From the human T2T-CHM13v2.0 reference genome, Homo sapiens, in NCBI RefSeq assembly GCF_009914755.1, contig NC_060927.1: a DNA stretch of 64,000 bases; one strand, 5' to 3'. Made by a program: the position numbers and the translations under genes. The notes under the pieces are model-generated. The model was not told the DNA's origin. It searched no databases and saw only the letters and a program-made list of their open reading frames with translations. Below are positions 31,143 through 45,900 of the stretch, one piece after another. Position 1 is the stretch's first letter. Each line of letters opens with the position of its first letter.

Positions 31143-31531
31143 AACAAAATTAATTTTTCTAAAGGGTACACCTATCTATACTAACACTCTTGGCTCACCA
31201 ATGTGCATATAATATTAGGAATTCTTTATTACACAAAGCCCCTCTTAGTTTCAACCTGATATCTCATAACTTCTCATCATAAATCCTATGCCCTACCTAG
31301 CCATGCTAAACTTTATGCCATTCAAAGGAGATGACATTCCTTCTCAGCTTTGTGTCTGTGTTGTGATAACCCATTTCCTGGAATATTCTTTTCTTCTTCC
31401 TTGCTTATCAGACTGATACATACTTTTCAAGACATTACTTATGTGTCATGATTCTTTCAGAACTCTCTCCCAAATTCAAATTCCCCCCTCTGAGCTGGCA
31501 CAGGTTTACCTTTATGTGACAAAAGAGCTTG

Positions 31532-31892
31532 TATATTAGTCTGTTCTCACACTGCTATGAAGAAATACCCGAAACTGGGTAATTTATAAAGGAAAGAGGT
31601 TTAATTGACTCACAGTTCCACATGGCTGGGGAGACCTCAGGAAACTTACAATCATGGCGGAAGGCACCTCTTCACAGGGCGACAGGAGAGAGAATGAGTG
31701 CCAGCAGGGGAAATGCCAGACGCTTATAAAACCATCAGATCTCATGAGAACTCACTCACTATCACAAGAACAGCATGAGGGAAACCACCCCTATGATTCA
31801 ATCATCTCCAACTGATTCCACTCTTAACATGTGAATCTCAGGATTCAAGGTGTTGAAAGATTTGGGTGGGGACACAAAGCCAAACCATATCA
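31532..31892 (-). mobile_element. THE1C-like (ERVL-MaLR) solo LTR, sense to ROBO1
   Basis: Minus strand starts TGATATGGTTTGGC..GTGTCCCCACCCAAATC and ends GTGTGAGAACAGACTAATATA; perfect 5-bp TSD gcttg at 31527-31531 and 31893-31897; 361 bp. Confidence 0.92.
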
Positions 31893-32499
31893 GCTTGATA
31901 TTGTTATTCTGTATCTATCAATGCATTTCCTTTTGTGAGCTCCTTGAGAGCAGAAACTATGTCTAAGCCACTACTGTAATCCCAACACCTAGACAGAAGG
32001 CTCAACACATGTTTGCTGAAGGAGTGAACATAATGGAGAAGACGGCCCGCTGACAGTACCCGAAAGCCTTTATTTGAATGGCACATTCCCTAAGGCTCCC
32101 TGATTCGTGCATCTCTGCTCCTGGCCAATTTAAGGACTTGACAGATATCAAGAAACTCCAACCTCTTCTACCATTCTCTGGTGGTATTTTAGCTGAGGAA
32201 AAGGAAGCCTGATTTTTAATTGGCTCATAGATACATCCTTAAGGCTGTATCTTTCTTCCCTTTCCTGCCTACTACCAAACCAAAAAACTAGTATTAACTG
32301 TCATCTGGTTGAACAGAAGAGAAACCTGTGATATTAAAGAATATCATATTTTACAAGGGTTCCCTCTGCAGCCCAGGGTCACGAATGCACAGTTCTTCTC
32401 TGAAAGCCTCAGAGAAAGCAGGATGGCAACCTCCTGCTTCTAATTATCTCCAGTATTGTATCTGGCCCCTGATAGAGGATTCTAGAATGGACTATTCTA

Positions 32500-32736
<237 letters not shown>

Positions 32737-33069
32737 TCATCTTAAGGTAAAATTTTAAAATGAACCAGCTGAAAAACACTTTAGGAGTTCAGTAAGAGCA
32801 TATTTTTAATTTAAAATATCAGCGAGGAAATTATTCCACAGAGTCCCCTCATTCTAGAAGCTTCTCCCTAGGTTTAGTGCTTCCTCCTAGTCCTCCTCCC
32901 ACATCTTTGGCTATTTTATCTCAAGCTGCTTTTCTGATTTCTTCTCTCCTCTTTCTACCCACCCCCTAAAAATATTTGGCTTAACAATTTTTCTTTCCCC
33001 CTTGTATACAGACACAAAATGATAAGAGATCTATTTTTCAATGAGAAGATTAAATAAAATTACACTTAC

Positions 33070-33190
33070 CTAAGACAGTCAGCTCGGCTACTTCACTCTC
33101 ACGTTCCCCAACCATATTGGTACCAACACAAACATATTTGCCAGCGTCACTTTTACGGGTGTAAGTGATCATGAGCTTTCCTCCTCGTAT
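33070..33190 (-). CDS. ROBO1: ROBO1 coding exon, C-terminal half of Ig2 (121 nt, phase 0 to 1)
   Basis: tttttttaag|ATA CGA GGA GGA AAG...GTC TTA G|gtaagt; [40 protein letters not shown] with the Ig DxGxYxC motif; phase fits both neighbours. Confidence 0.97.
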
Positions 33191-34082
33191 CTTAAAAAAA
33201 AAGTTTCACAGGAATACTATTAAAATTGCTTCAGCTATGTTTACATGACAGATGTCTTCATAAGTGAAGACTGCTTTCTAAGCATATAAATCAAAGCATA
33301 ATTACATCAACAGCTGATATGTAGTATTTGCTATTTTTAGGTAGTACCCTTAAAGAGAATTGACTCCAAAGGTACAATATAAAAGAAGCAAAAATGTTTC
33401 TCCTTACTTACATTTCATGTAAAGTTATATTCTGTATAGCTAGAAACTTGTTGCCCAATCGGCCAAGTTATTTCATATTATTTAGTTAAGTGAAAAACCA
33501 TAAAAAATTGCGTGAATAATTTAGTTAGCAAGAGGAAAGAGAAAAAGAAAATTCTTAATACCATATGACTATAATTAATATAGAAATATGTATTAGCTAT
33601 AAGTGATTTCAAGAAAATGTATTCTAGCATTATATGAATTAATTAAAATGTCTCTAATAACTTAATTTGCCAGAGTTGCTTTAAAGAATGTATCTTCATT
33701 GCGAAAACATAGTAGAACCTGTTATTTCCTTAAAAACGTGATGTTGCTGCCACCCAAGCTGGTTTTTGGGGACTTGAGAGGCAGAGAATGAACAGGTCCC
33801 AGTAAATCATCAGGAAAGACATGCTTGGGTACACTCTTGAACATATAATTAATTGAATAAAAATTAATTTTAAATGTAAGCAGACATACAGTATAAGAAG
33901 TCGACTGAAACTAAACATGAATTAAGATTGGACTATCCTTAATTTAACACGCTTTTGGATGAGAGTTGAGTTCAATTACCCATGAATATCTACAATGTCC
34001 TGATCTTAGAAAGGTTTTATTAGGGAAAATTTCCAGAATGTTTATTCATAGAGGTTTTTTACCTCATAGTTACCAACCAGAT

Positions 34083-34213
34083 AAAGGAAGAAGGAAGGAA
34101 GGAAGGAAGGGAGGGAGGGAGAGAGGGAGAGAGGGAGAGAGGGAGGGAGGGAGAGAGGGAGGGAGGGAGAGACGGAAAAAGGGAGGGAAGGAGGGAGGGA
34201 AGAAGGGAGGGAA
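34083..34213. repeat. Purine-rich (GGAA/GGGA)n tract
   Basis: About 130 bp almost purely A/G; source of ORFs 33966..34238 and 34070..34291. Confidence 0.93.
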
Positions 34214-34599
34214 ACATTCTAGCACATTTTTTTCATAATACATTATGGAGTTCATTGAAACTACCACTTTGTAAAGGTGAGGTCCCCTCACAGTTTTGAA
34301 TGCCTAAATGGCTTTATTTTAATCCAGGCATCCAAACTAGGTATTCTGGCCAAGTCTTTAAATATTAGAGGAAACAAAACATTAACAAAGTTTTTAATTT
34401 TTATGAGTTTAGAACTTGATTTTTTTTCAGTAGCATCATAAACAAATGATCAGCCTGCTCCAGATTCCCATCCAGGGATTTTTCTCTGCATCGTTCATCA
34501 TTCTATCCCTCATACCCAGAATGACGCCTGCACGCAGTAGTCACTCCAAATACTGTTGTTGAACGTAAACTACTATTGTTAGTCTGTTATCCAATTTAA

Positions 34600-35230
34600 A
34601 ATATTTCTATAAGGTTTATAACAGTTATGTGTTAAATTGTTTTATTTTTTCATACATATTTAAATTTTCAAATAGAGAAATATAAAGAAAACGTCACACA
34701 AAAAAAACACGTTAATTATTGTTAGTACTTTTGAACATCCGTCTTTCAATTATGTGTGTATACATACACACTCACATACACACATGCATATATATACACA
34801 TTTACCATGAATATATGTTTATATATACATATACACATATAAACATATATACATACACATAATTTTTCTAAAGTAGAATCACGTGATATGTGCTGTTTTA
34901 TAAGCTGCATTTTCAAAAGTATGAGGCATTACTATATTTTAAATGTTCAAGAAATTTTACACAGATCCTCAGCATCAATTTCCAAGGCTACATACAATTC
35001 TAACATTTGGGTTTACTACATTTTACCTAACTATTCCCATACTGATAGATATTTAAGACATCAGTGCTAGGTAATTTAGAAATCTCATTCTTCCCGCTTA
35101 TGAACAGCACTGAAATCAGCATTCTTTTGTATATATCTTTTCTCATATGTGCAGTTATTTCCTTGGGAGGTATCAAAGTGGGATTCTTAAAGGTATACCC
35201 AACTTAAGGCTATTGGTTTATATTACTAAT
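34600..35230 (-). mobile_element. Ancient L1ME-like fragment with internal (TA/CA)n
   Basis: ttacctaactattcccatactgatagatatttaag, tgtgcagttatttccttgg resemble reverse L1M 3' UTR; boundaries approximate. Confidence 0.5.
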
Positions 35231-35615
35231 TATCTTATGTTTCATAAAGTCATTTTAATATAAATATATCATTTAAATTTTTGTCTTTAACATAACCCTG
35301 CTGTGAGACTGTTTGGGAAGTGTTAAAATAACCTCACTTTTCACTAAAGGGAACAGTGGCTCAGAAAAGTATAACCTCTTCTCCCACATACCTCTGGTAT
35401 GCGCATTGTAAAAATATGTTTTAATTATGCTTCCAAGTGTCAGTCCCCTGACCTTAGTATCAACATTGAGGCAGAGAAGCATATGTAATTCCTCATGGGA
35501 GCCCCTGTTACAATGCCTTGTAAATAGTAAAAATTTTGTGGGAGGAAATGACTTGTGCAATGTCACACAACAAGTGGAAACAAGGTGAAGACTTTAGGTC
35601 AGATATGTGTCTTTG

Positions 35616-36410
35616 CATTTATGCAGCCAACAGACACATGAAAAAATGCTCATCATCACTGGCCATCAGAGAAATGCAAATCCAAACCACAATGAGATAC
35701 CATCTCACACCAGTTAGAATGGCGATCATTAAAAAGTCAGGAAACAACAGGTGCTGGAGAGGATGTGGAGAAATAGGAACACTTTTACACTGTTGGTGGG
35801 ACTGTAAACTAGTTCAACCATTGTGGAAGACAGTGTGGCAATTCCTCAGGGATCTAGAACTAGAAATACCATTTGACTCAGCCATCCCATTACTGGGTAT
35901 ATACCCAAAGGATTATAAATCATGCTGCCATAAAGGCACATGCACACGCATGTTTATTATGGCACTATTCACAATAGTAAAGACTTGGAACCAACCCAAA
36001 TGTCCATCAATGATAGACTGGATTAAGAAAATGTGGCATATATACACCATGGAATACTATGCAGCCATAAAAAAGGATGAGTTCATGTCCTTTGTAGGGA
36101 CGTGGATGAAGCTGGAAACCATCATTCTCAGCAAAGTATCACAAGAACAAAAAACCAAACACCACATGTTCTCACTCATAGGTGGGAACTGAACAATGAG
36201 AACACTTGGACACAGGAAGCAGAACATCACACACTGGGACCTGTTGTGGGGTTGGGGGGGGGGCGGTGGAGGCATAGCATTAGGAGATATACCTAACGTA
36301 AATGATGAGTTGATGGGTGCAGCACACCAACATGGCACATGTATACATATGTAACAAACCTGCAGGTTGTGCACATGCACCCTAAAACTTAAAGTATAAT
36401 TAAAAAAAAA
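35616..36410 (+). mobile_element. 5'-truncated L1PA (about PA3-PA5), 795 bp: ORF2 C-terminus plus 3' UTR
   Basis: ORF 35536..36192 contains the L1 ORF2p C-terminus ([15 protein letters not shown]...[19 protein letters not shown]...SLIGGN*); 15-bp TSD agatatgtgtctttg at 35601-35615 and 36411-36425. Confidence 0.96.
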
Positions 36411-38044
36411 AGATATGTGTCTTTGGCTATACGAGTTGTACAAATGAAAATAAATGCACAGCTCACATCCTTATTATCTTAATTACTGCTTAATAAACTT
36501 GAGTTTAAAAAACTTGAGTTCTTGAGGTCCAGAACAATTTGAGTATCATCTTATCAAAATCTTCCTAAGAACTTTTGTAACCTTTCATGCGCTGATTTTG
36601 GAACACTCGCATAAGCATTTCCAAAAATCCTAAGGAAACAAAATTATTACAGGAAAAGAGGAAGATGAAAAATCCAATATCTGAAATGGAAGTTAAGTGA
36701 GCTGAGGTGTAGCTAGATGTTTCTTTATTAGTTCTATAACTTTGGATAGCACGCCGAGCCTCTTCTTATGCCTCAGAATCTAACCTTGAAGTCTCTGGAT
36801 ATTTAGGAGACAAGTTCATTGCTGAAAGAATTGTACAATGATACATAAAAGATATACCAAAATAAGAGGAAACAAACACATAATTTAACATTCTCTTTGT
36901 TTTAAGAGTGAGTAAGTGTTCAATGTTTTTTATCTACTATAAAATGTAAGGCTTTAAGGACAATTTTAAGACATATTCAAATACATAGAAAAATTGTGAG
37001 TCAAAGGATAATAACATATAAATAATTTGCAACAGCTTAGATTTATTTCTACAGCTTCAGTATAATACAGTACTAATTTACTGTTACAAATCTTAAATAC
37101 TTGGGAATGTAGAGTTTTAAATCAACTTGCTTATGCACACGTGGGCCACCAATTAACATTATATATTACAGCCCAATGCTATTATATGTTGAAAGAATCT
37201 ATACAAATGGAGAAGGAGGGGGATTTAGTTAACAAGAGTAATGAGGGCACTGCCAGGAGATTCACAGACATGAAAAAATTCCAATTTCAAGATGAATGGG
37301 AGGAAACAATAGCTGAGGTAAACCAAAATTCAAAGACAGCTATAAAGGCCTAAGGAATTTGTAGTATACACCCTATTACTATAGCTCCAATTATATATTA
37401 CACTTGGCTTAATCATGAAAAAAATTGTATAACTGAATCTATCAGACCTATTCTTTGGGAGCACATATCCATGTGTTTGGTATTGAATATAGATAGAAAA
37501 ACTGTTTCTTTTCAATAAAAATTTATTTTACAGCCATCTTTTACAACTAAATCACATTGGCTGTGTAAATTGAAAGTAACCCACCAGGCATTTTACAAAT
37601 ACTTTCTCTATCCTTTGTAAGTAAACAAAGCTGGAGTTTGTTTACTCTGTCAAATTTTTCTACAAGAAATGTTAGTGGATAAGCATCATGAAAAGCTGTT
37701 TTCATTAGTAACATAATATGACTAAAAGCATATGGTTACACAGTGTTCATACATGTAAAACTTTCATATCAATGCAGCAATATAAAACAAATCAAGGCCT
37801 GAAAAATATTACATTTGCAAAACATTTTTAGTGAGAAAAATGCACTTTCGTAACAATAGCAGAGATATTAATCATCAATGACTAAATAAGGTCAACTAAA
37901 TAGCACCTTTGTTTTTCTACTCAAGGTATTCTTTACCAAGATTACCTAGGTAAAACCCAAAGACAACAAAATATATACGAAAATGTGACATTTTTAAAAA
38001 GGATTTCTAAATCCTAGATCAATTTTCAGATACATATACTTAGG

Positions 38045-38255
38045 AAAGCAAAGTGAGCACGGGCTCTGGAGTCAGACTACTTTTTATTATATATGTGTAA
38101 CTTTAGCCAAGATATTAGTTCCTCTGTATCTCTGCTTTTCAACTCTAAAATGGGAATCCTATTAATATATAACTCTAAGGATATTATGAAGATGATGAAA
38201 TAAACCATATAAAGCACTTAGAAAAATGCCTGCACATTATTATTATAATTATTTA
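38045..38255 (+). mobile_element. MIR
   Basis: gagcacgggctctggagtcagact...ctaaaatgggaat...taaagcacttagaaaaatgcctg. Confidence 0.8.
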
Positions 38256-38356
38256 TTACACATACGCAGTTAATGATTTAATATTGTTTTTGATCTGTCT
38301 AATCAAAAACAATATTCCTTTCTTAGGCTAAATCCAGTAGCTTTTTATTAATATTA

Positions 38357-38746
38357 CAATTATAGGTCACATAATAACATTTTGGTTAAGGATGAACCTC
38401 ATATATGATGACGATCCCATAAGATGATAATGGAGCTGAAAAATTCCTAGTGATGTTGCGGCTGTTGTAAGATCGTTTCCAGTGCATCACCTTTTCTACA
38501 TTTAGATAGATTTAGATACACAAAAAACTTGCCGTTGTGTTAGAATTGCCTACAGTATTCAATCCAGTAGCATACTGTACAGGTTTGTGGCCTAGGAGGA
38601 ACTGGCTATATCATATAGCCTAGGAGTGTAACAGGGCTATACCATGTAGGTTTGTATAAGTAAACTCTATCATGGTCGCACACAATAAAATCACCTAACA
38701 ACACATTTGTCAGAATATAACCCTGTCATTAATCAATGCATGACTG
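38357..38746 (-). mobile_element. Tigger3-family (TcMar) non-autonomous element
   Basis: cccataagatgataatggagctgaaaaattccta, tgcctacagtattca, tagcctaggagtgta, ends gcatgactg; flanked by TA on both sides. Confidence 0.85.
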
Positions 38747-38865
38747 TAATTACTAAACAACTTCCACTGGTTTCATCAGGAAAATATATATTTTCATTGA
38801 CACAGCATAAGACTTAGAAACAAGTAAATTTTAGGCTTTATAGATCATTATTATTTCCTCCAAAA

Positions 38866-39081
38866 CAGCGGTTCTTAATGGAGGCAATCACCCTTCCTCT
38901 CCCCGGAGATATCTGGCAATGTCTGCAGACATATTTTGTTGTCAGAACTTGGTGTGGGGTTGGGGGATTGAAGGGTGTGTGGGGGGCGATGCTACTGGTA
39001 TCTAATAAGTAGAGGCCAGAAATACACATCAAGGAATTATCTGACTCAAACTGTCTATAATGCAGGGATTGAGAAACTGTG
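38866..39081 (+). mobile_element. MER20
   Basis: cagcggttcttaa...tggcaatgtctgcagacat...gctactggtatcta...agaggccag...ttgagaaactgtg. Confidence 0.85.
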
Positions 39082-39696
39082 TTCTAAAGACCCAGCTCTG
39101 GACTAAGAATAAATGCTGGATTCAAAAGACAAAAGGAAGGAAGGGATACGATTAGATAATACAAATAATATTTATTGTAGTTAAGGAAAAACTGCTGAGA
39201 TTTCCCAGATTCGTATACTCTCCCGCATAAATTTCCCATCTCAACAATAAACCAATTTCATTATAAAATACAACATTCTGTTATATACTCACTGACAATA
39301 ATGGTTAAGGACCCCAAAGTAGATGATACAAAAAATGAAAAAATAAACAAGCCTCACCAAGCCTGGGAGACACTGCCTCAGGGATGATAGAGATAGAAAC
39401 TGGTAAAAGTGAAAGAACAAACCACAAAGTAGGGCAAATGAACTTCAGAAACAGAAGAAACATGCCAGTTTTCAATTTCCATAAATTCAAATTAATTTTG
39501 GCATTATGTCAATGACTACATTGAAATGGATCTTAAAAGGCCATAATTCTACTCTCAACGGTCACAAATATGGAATACATGGTGGGCTGTTCATTTCAAT
39601 AAACAAAAGAACAGAAAAACAACATAGTACTATGACCCTGATCGAATATAACATACCCACTTTCAAGCAGTGCCTACTACTAACAATCAACATTTT

Positions 39697-40004
<308 letters not shown>

Positions 40005-42630
40005 AATCAACATCTTATGTTGAGTCATATAAAAATACTGATTGTAAATTTAGGGTGAGTTTATACATTTTAAACTGTGGTGCCCCTATGTAAGCCAAAA
40101 ATGAACATTTTCTCTGTCTACATAGGGAAGAAAAATATGTCTAACACAAACAAAACACTATAAATGTGAAAACAGCACTATTTAAAATAAGCTAAAATAT
40201 TTCTTGGCAGGTCTCTTCCTGCGGCTGGATTTGACAGTCGAATTGTAAACCTATCAAAAACTAGTTTGTGTAATGAACAGACACAATGTTAAACACTGAA
40301 CTGCTGGAGCACTATTCAATTAACATAATCCGGGTAGTGGAGAAGCAGAACATGTTAAACTTTCAGACAATATGCTGGCATTTAGCCTATGTCAAAAATT
40401 CAAGGCAGAGGTCTTCCTTCCTCATTACCATATACCTTACCAGCCCACAATAGTAACCACATTAGAAGCCCACATTTCCATAAGCGCTAGACAGTGCTTA
40501 AAGAGGCCCTTAGCTATAAACATACTTGATGAAAGCAAAGCAAAACAAAAAAATGTCCCACTGGTCTTGCTCCTTTTTGGGAAAGAGACAGAGAGGAGAG
40601 AGGAAAAGAAGATAAAGAATTTTAAAGTTTCAAATATATTTAAACTTCCTATTTTTCTTTGTAATAGTCTCAGGTTAAAAAAATGTTTTAGAGATGTCAA
40701 AATGTAAAAATTCTTGATGTGTTTAATACATATGATTTTTATATATCAGGAATTTTCCCTGTAAAAAACTAGAAATGACTACTTTTTTTAGGGGTAAAGA
40801 CTTCTCTGAGCAGTAGGAAATCCTGTCTTCATCTCCTTTACTGAATTGCTTACTGAATAATTATAGAGAATAATCAGGTTTAAGATGTAGCTTTTCTACC
40901 AAAAGTGGAGAAAACCACTTTATGTCTCTGGTTAGCATGGAAAAACTAGCATCAGTATTCTTATTTCCAGAATACAAGAAACAAAATTTAACTTTGCACA
41001 CAAAGAAATATACTGCCTTTAAAAAAGTAAATTCAGTAAACTTTTTTTGTTCAGTTCCCTTTTAAAACATAAATTCATAAGTTTTTTGATTGGGTTATCC
41101 GAGAGTACACAGCTTACCCTGAAATCAGTGCTCACAATCAGAAATAAAGATGAACTTAAAATGAACTCCTTGTGATGTCTTCATTTTCTACCCTAAAGCA
41201 AGTCAGATGATTTGCAGTATCTGTTACACAGGAATTTTTTTTTTTTTCAGACATCACCCCCACAATGTTATCCATACACCTCTAGGTTAACACAGTAAAC
41301 AGACTGGAGCTAATTAACTAGTTTGGCTACACAAATTCTTTTCTGCTTTTAATTACATTAACCTAATGTGACTTGAATTCAACAGACCAAAAACAAAACC
41401 GCTAATTATATTAAGGGCTTCAAAGATGATTTCAAATTGCTAACCACCAAACTGTCATAGAATTTATCTCATTTCCTTTAATATATTTTACATGCAAAAT
41501 CTGTGCTTTACTAAAAATACTATTTAAAAATACATCAAAACAATGAATAATAGAATATTGATTATAATGCTAAAAGAGAAATATGTTTCAACTAATACAG
41601 ATAAGACCCACATAGGCATCATCATACCAATAAGAAATTATGCAGTACTAAATTTTTACAATTTTCTAAAAGATTAAAGGTTTGAAAATATTGATTTACA
41701 GTAGTAAGGGCTTGATGAGTGGGATTCACATGAAGAATGAAGTTGTCTAAAGCACCTGAGTTTAGAAATTATTTTTTCAGAAAAAAACTTGATTCTTTAC
41801 CACCAACCCGTTTTCATACTATTTTGCAAATTAAGTGAGATGAGAGGTTTTGAATGATAGTCTAGCGTATCATCCTTAAACAATTCACCACTAACTCTCC
41901 TTGAGCAGAATATCTCTTCATAGAAATGCTGTCAATTCTGCCTGGATCTTTGACCTAGAGAATAGAGAGCAAGCTGTTGTGAACTACAGATGTGCCTGGC
42001 GTGGCTTCTTAACAACAATGAGATGCAGGTAACCCAGATGGCCAGTCATAGCCCCCAGACATTCCCCTTGGTGAAATCAGCTGCAGTACAGTTTTAGATG
42101 ATCCCTAAGGACTCCTTTCAACAGAAACATTTGAAGAAGAGTCACAACAATAACGGCTTTTCTTTCTTTAAATTTTGGCATCAAATTAGTAACAACAACA
42201 ACAACAACAGTAACAATCCAGAAAAAATAACTTGTTTGAGGAGGGTGCAGAGAATAGGAGGAGGTAAAGTAATACCCATTACTTTCCAATCTGGCTACAA
42301 GAATAATATCAGCCTTTAATGTTAGACAGTTCAGATTAAAACATTCATATTTTCTAATGCATGCCATCCTATTTTTCAAAAATAATCATGCTTTATTGCC
42401 TTCTAATTAAGCAAAAACATTGCTAGTACCATAATTATTTTGTACAAATGACAGACAAAGAATTGGATAATCAATCCCAAAAGTATCATAGTAACATAAA
42501 AATATATAATCAAGTAAAATAATTCATATAATTCAGATATTATATAATATAAAAGAAAATACAGTATTTCTTATTTTATAATATTTCCTTGTCATAGTCC
42601 CAGGTAGGTAGTGCAAAAAGAATACTTTAA

Positions 42631-42976
<346 letters not shown>

Positions 42977-45900
42977 TTAATTATATTTCTGAACATACAC
43001 ATTAATAATTTTGTCTTTAAGACCTACATTTTAATGTAGTTAGCTATCAGATAAAAATGTAAATTGTTCATAAATCGATTCAAAACCATCACCATCAAAA
43101 ATCATTGATAGAGAGAAACTTATATTTACTGATCTAGTGACCAATACTTCTAAGTGTAAGAACAAATTTCAAGAAATTCATTTTTATATATTCTATAAAC
43201 ATGTATATTTTATATATTTATTTGTACTAATCTCACAAAATAATTTTAAAATTCTATGTATTTATGACAAAATGATTTTATATTTAAATATCAAAGCAAA
43301 TATTTTATTTTAGATTAAATAAACAATAAACCTCAGCCAAATCACAGTTCTTCTTGGTTAGCAAAGTTTATTAAAGATTTTTTGATCTTTCTATTTTTTA
43401 TAAAAGCTATTGATTCTTGCTTCATTTTCCCAAAATTTCTTACCTCCCTCTATTCCTATTTTCTTCTGGTTCACAGAGCCCTAAAAGAGAGAGAAAGGGG
43501 AAGGAGGAGGAGAAGGAAAAGGAGGAAGGAGAAATGCATTATTTTAATTATTTCCCACTCGAGTCTCTTGATTAGATATGATCTGGTTTCATGCTGTGCG
43601 TTCACAGGCTGTCGGGTAAACTTGTCTTTAACTCAAGACCAGTCCAATATGAACTCATAACACAAAATGACAGCACTGTACCCCAAGATGGATGAAACTA
43701 AGGAAAACAGATTGTATACCAATATTCATAAGATTTTGTTTTTTCTTCTAGGTTATAAAAAAAAAAACCCAGATTAGTCAGCTTTCAATTAAACTGTAAA
43801 AAGTACCTAGATTTTACAAATTATTCACTAGTCTATTCTCAAGTGAAGGGTATTTCATCATTTACAGCCTACTCAAAGTGTAAATAATGTTCCTGGGGTT
43901 TGCACAAAAAATGTTTTATATAACAAAAGGACACCGGGGCAAGTACACACACATTGTAAAGAAAATATGAGAATGATAAATTGAAAGCAATCAAATGACC
44001 ATTCTAAAAATTCCTGGTGACATAAAAAAGGACAGCATTGCATGAAGAAAAGCCATAACTTGTTTCAGGTCTTTCAACTACTCTCTTAGGAGTGGAATTG
44101 AGAGGAAAAATAGGCAATTAGGATCTCTCCATTGGCGTCCCATATTTGCCTGGGCTACATACACACAAGAGAACATGATCCCGTTTCATTTGTTTCCTGG
44201 TACACTTTACAATACCATTTGAAAACCAACATGAATTCAGCCAGGAGTTTAAACACACTTGATCATCAGAGAGAAGCAACAAGAGACTTATGCAGAAAAA
44301 GCAATTATCCCAGTGGGAACACGTGGCTCTTTGCACAGCTTGGTGAGCTGCCAGCTGAGAACACAGGCCTGGGAGAGTCCCCGCCTAGGACTCTGGCAGC
44401 TGCACTTCTCTGCTATTTCCATTTCTCCTCCTAAATTTCTCATTTCTTCCTCATAACAATTGATAAATTGGTAGTTGGCTGTTTGCTGCTGCAGAAGCAC
44501 ACCTATGATAATTTGATTATAGACTACATCAGGAAGAGCTGTGTTGCTAATTGCACGTAAGTGGGAGCCACCCTGCAGACAGACATAGTTAAAGGAAAGG
44601 ATGATTTTCTTTGTGAAAGTATAAATTAGTATCTTGCTCTCTATCCAATGTATATCACCAGAGATCCTTTTCATGATTCCTAATTTTAATAAGTAATAAT
44701 AGAAAGAAGTAACACAGCCCTCTTTAAACACAACAATTTTGCTTGCTTAGGTGTAGCTCAAAGACAATATGAAGCCTTGGGTATGGCATTTTTCTGCTGG
44801 ACACCCATTTTCCTGGGCTAGACAGAGGTACGTAGCCTAAAGCAATCAACCAGGAAAGCCCCTTCTAATTTATAGTATTAACCAGGAACAGACAACTGCT
44901 GAGTGCTGATGAAATGGAGAGCAGATGAAACAGTGAAGGCTTTTTAGCAGATTTCCCCAGGTGTCTGGTTCCCAAATTATTAAGACTAGAACCCCAAAGT
45001 GAATCCTATAAAAGGAGGCAATATAAAGAGTGGTTTTAGCCTTTGCTAGCTATCTTCTAAAAGTAAGAAAGCTAATTGATTTTTACCTCTATGAAAATTC
45101 TAGGTAGATTACATGGTAGCATTCAGCCTTAATATGAAAAATTGATTTAGCTTATAGCTATTAAAGTTAATGTATTATTTCCTTCACAGGTCTCATGAAA
45201 CAGTGTCCTGCTGTTTTAAAGGTAAAAAACAAAGTCTTATGGGCAATTTTCACTTTCCCACAAAACCAGGTTTGCTTTTTATCACCTCTTCCAACCATCT
45301 GGCTCTAATTCTGAATTTACATACAGTCACAGCTAAGACAGCCTGAAATAAAAATCTACAAGGGAATTATGACTATACTCTAGAAATAAAGATGACAAAT
45401 GTTCATAGTATTTGAGGGGAGAAAAGCTTATTTTCAAACTCTTGGCTCTTTTGAATTACAAGTACACCAGCTGAAAATACTTTGCCAACAGTAAATCCCT
45501 TTTCCTCTCTCTGGGTTCTTATACTTAGCTCTATAGTTTGGTCCAGTGTGAGAAATTCCCTCACTACCAAAGAGTCAAAGGAGAAAAAGAAGAGCTTGCA
45601 AGTGACAAGCTTAATTGATTAATCAGAAGTTAGGGCTCATCAGACCAGGGTAAGAGATTCAATATCCATATGGCCAGTTGCTTCACCCTCCTTTGTTGAA
45701 CACGAGATTATGCTAGAATGTAGCTCACTCACTTGGCAAATTTGTGCCTCATTTCCTATGGAAAACACGTTCAAAACATAAATAAATCCCATATCTTCCA
45801 ACAATACACATGTTAACATGAATTAAAATATTTCTACATACATCCTTAGAGGAAGCAAGTAGGCTAATTCTTCAATGTGAGGAAGAAAATACGACCTTAG

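Noticed and set aside
35536-36443. 218-aa ORF (longest in the window) and overlapping ORFs as an independent gene
   Set aside because: L1 ORF2p C-terminal remnant bounded by a TSD; no promoter, endonuclease or RT domains.
44118-44731. Cluster of overlapping ORFs up to 147 aa
   Set aside because: No recognisable domain, no splice sites fitting ROBO1 phases, and the ROBO1 protein is already continuous across this intron (DERIT|IRGGK).
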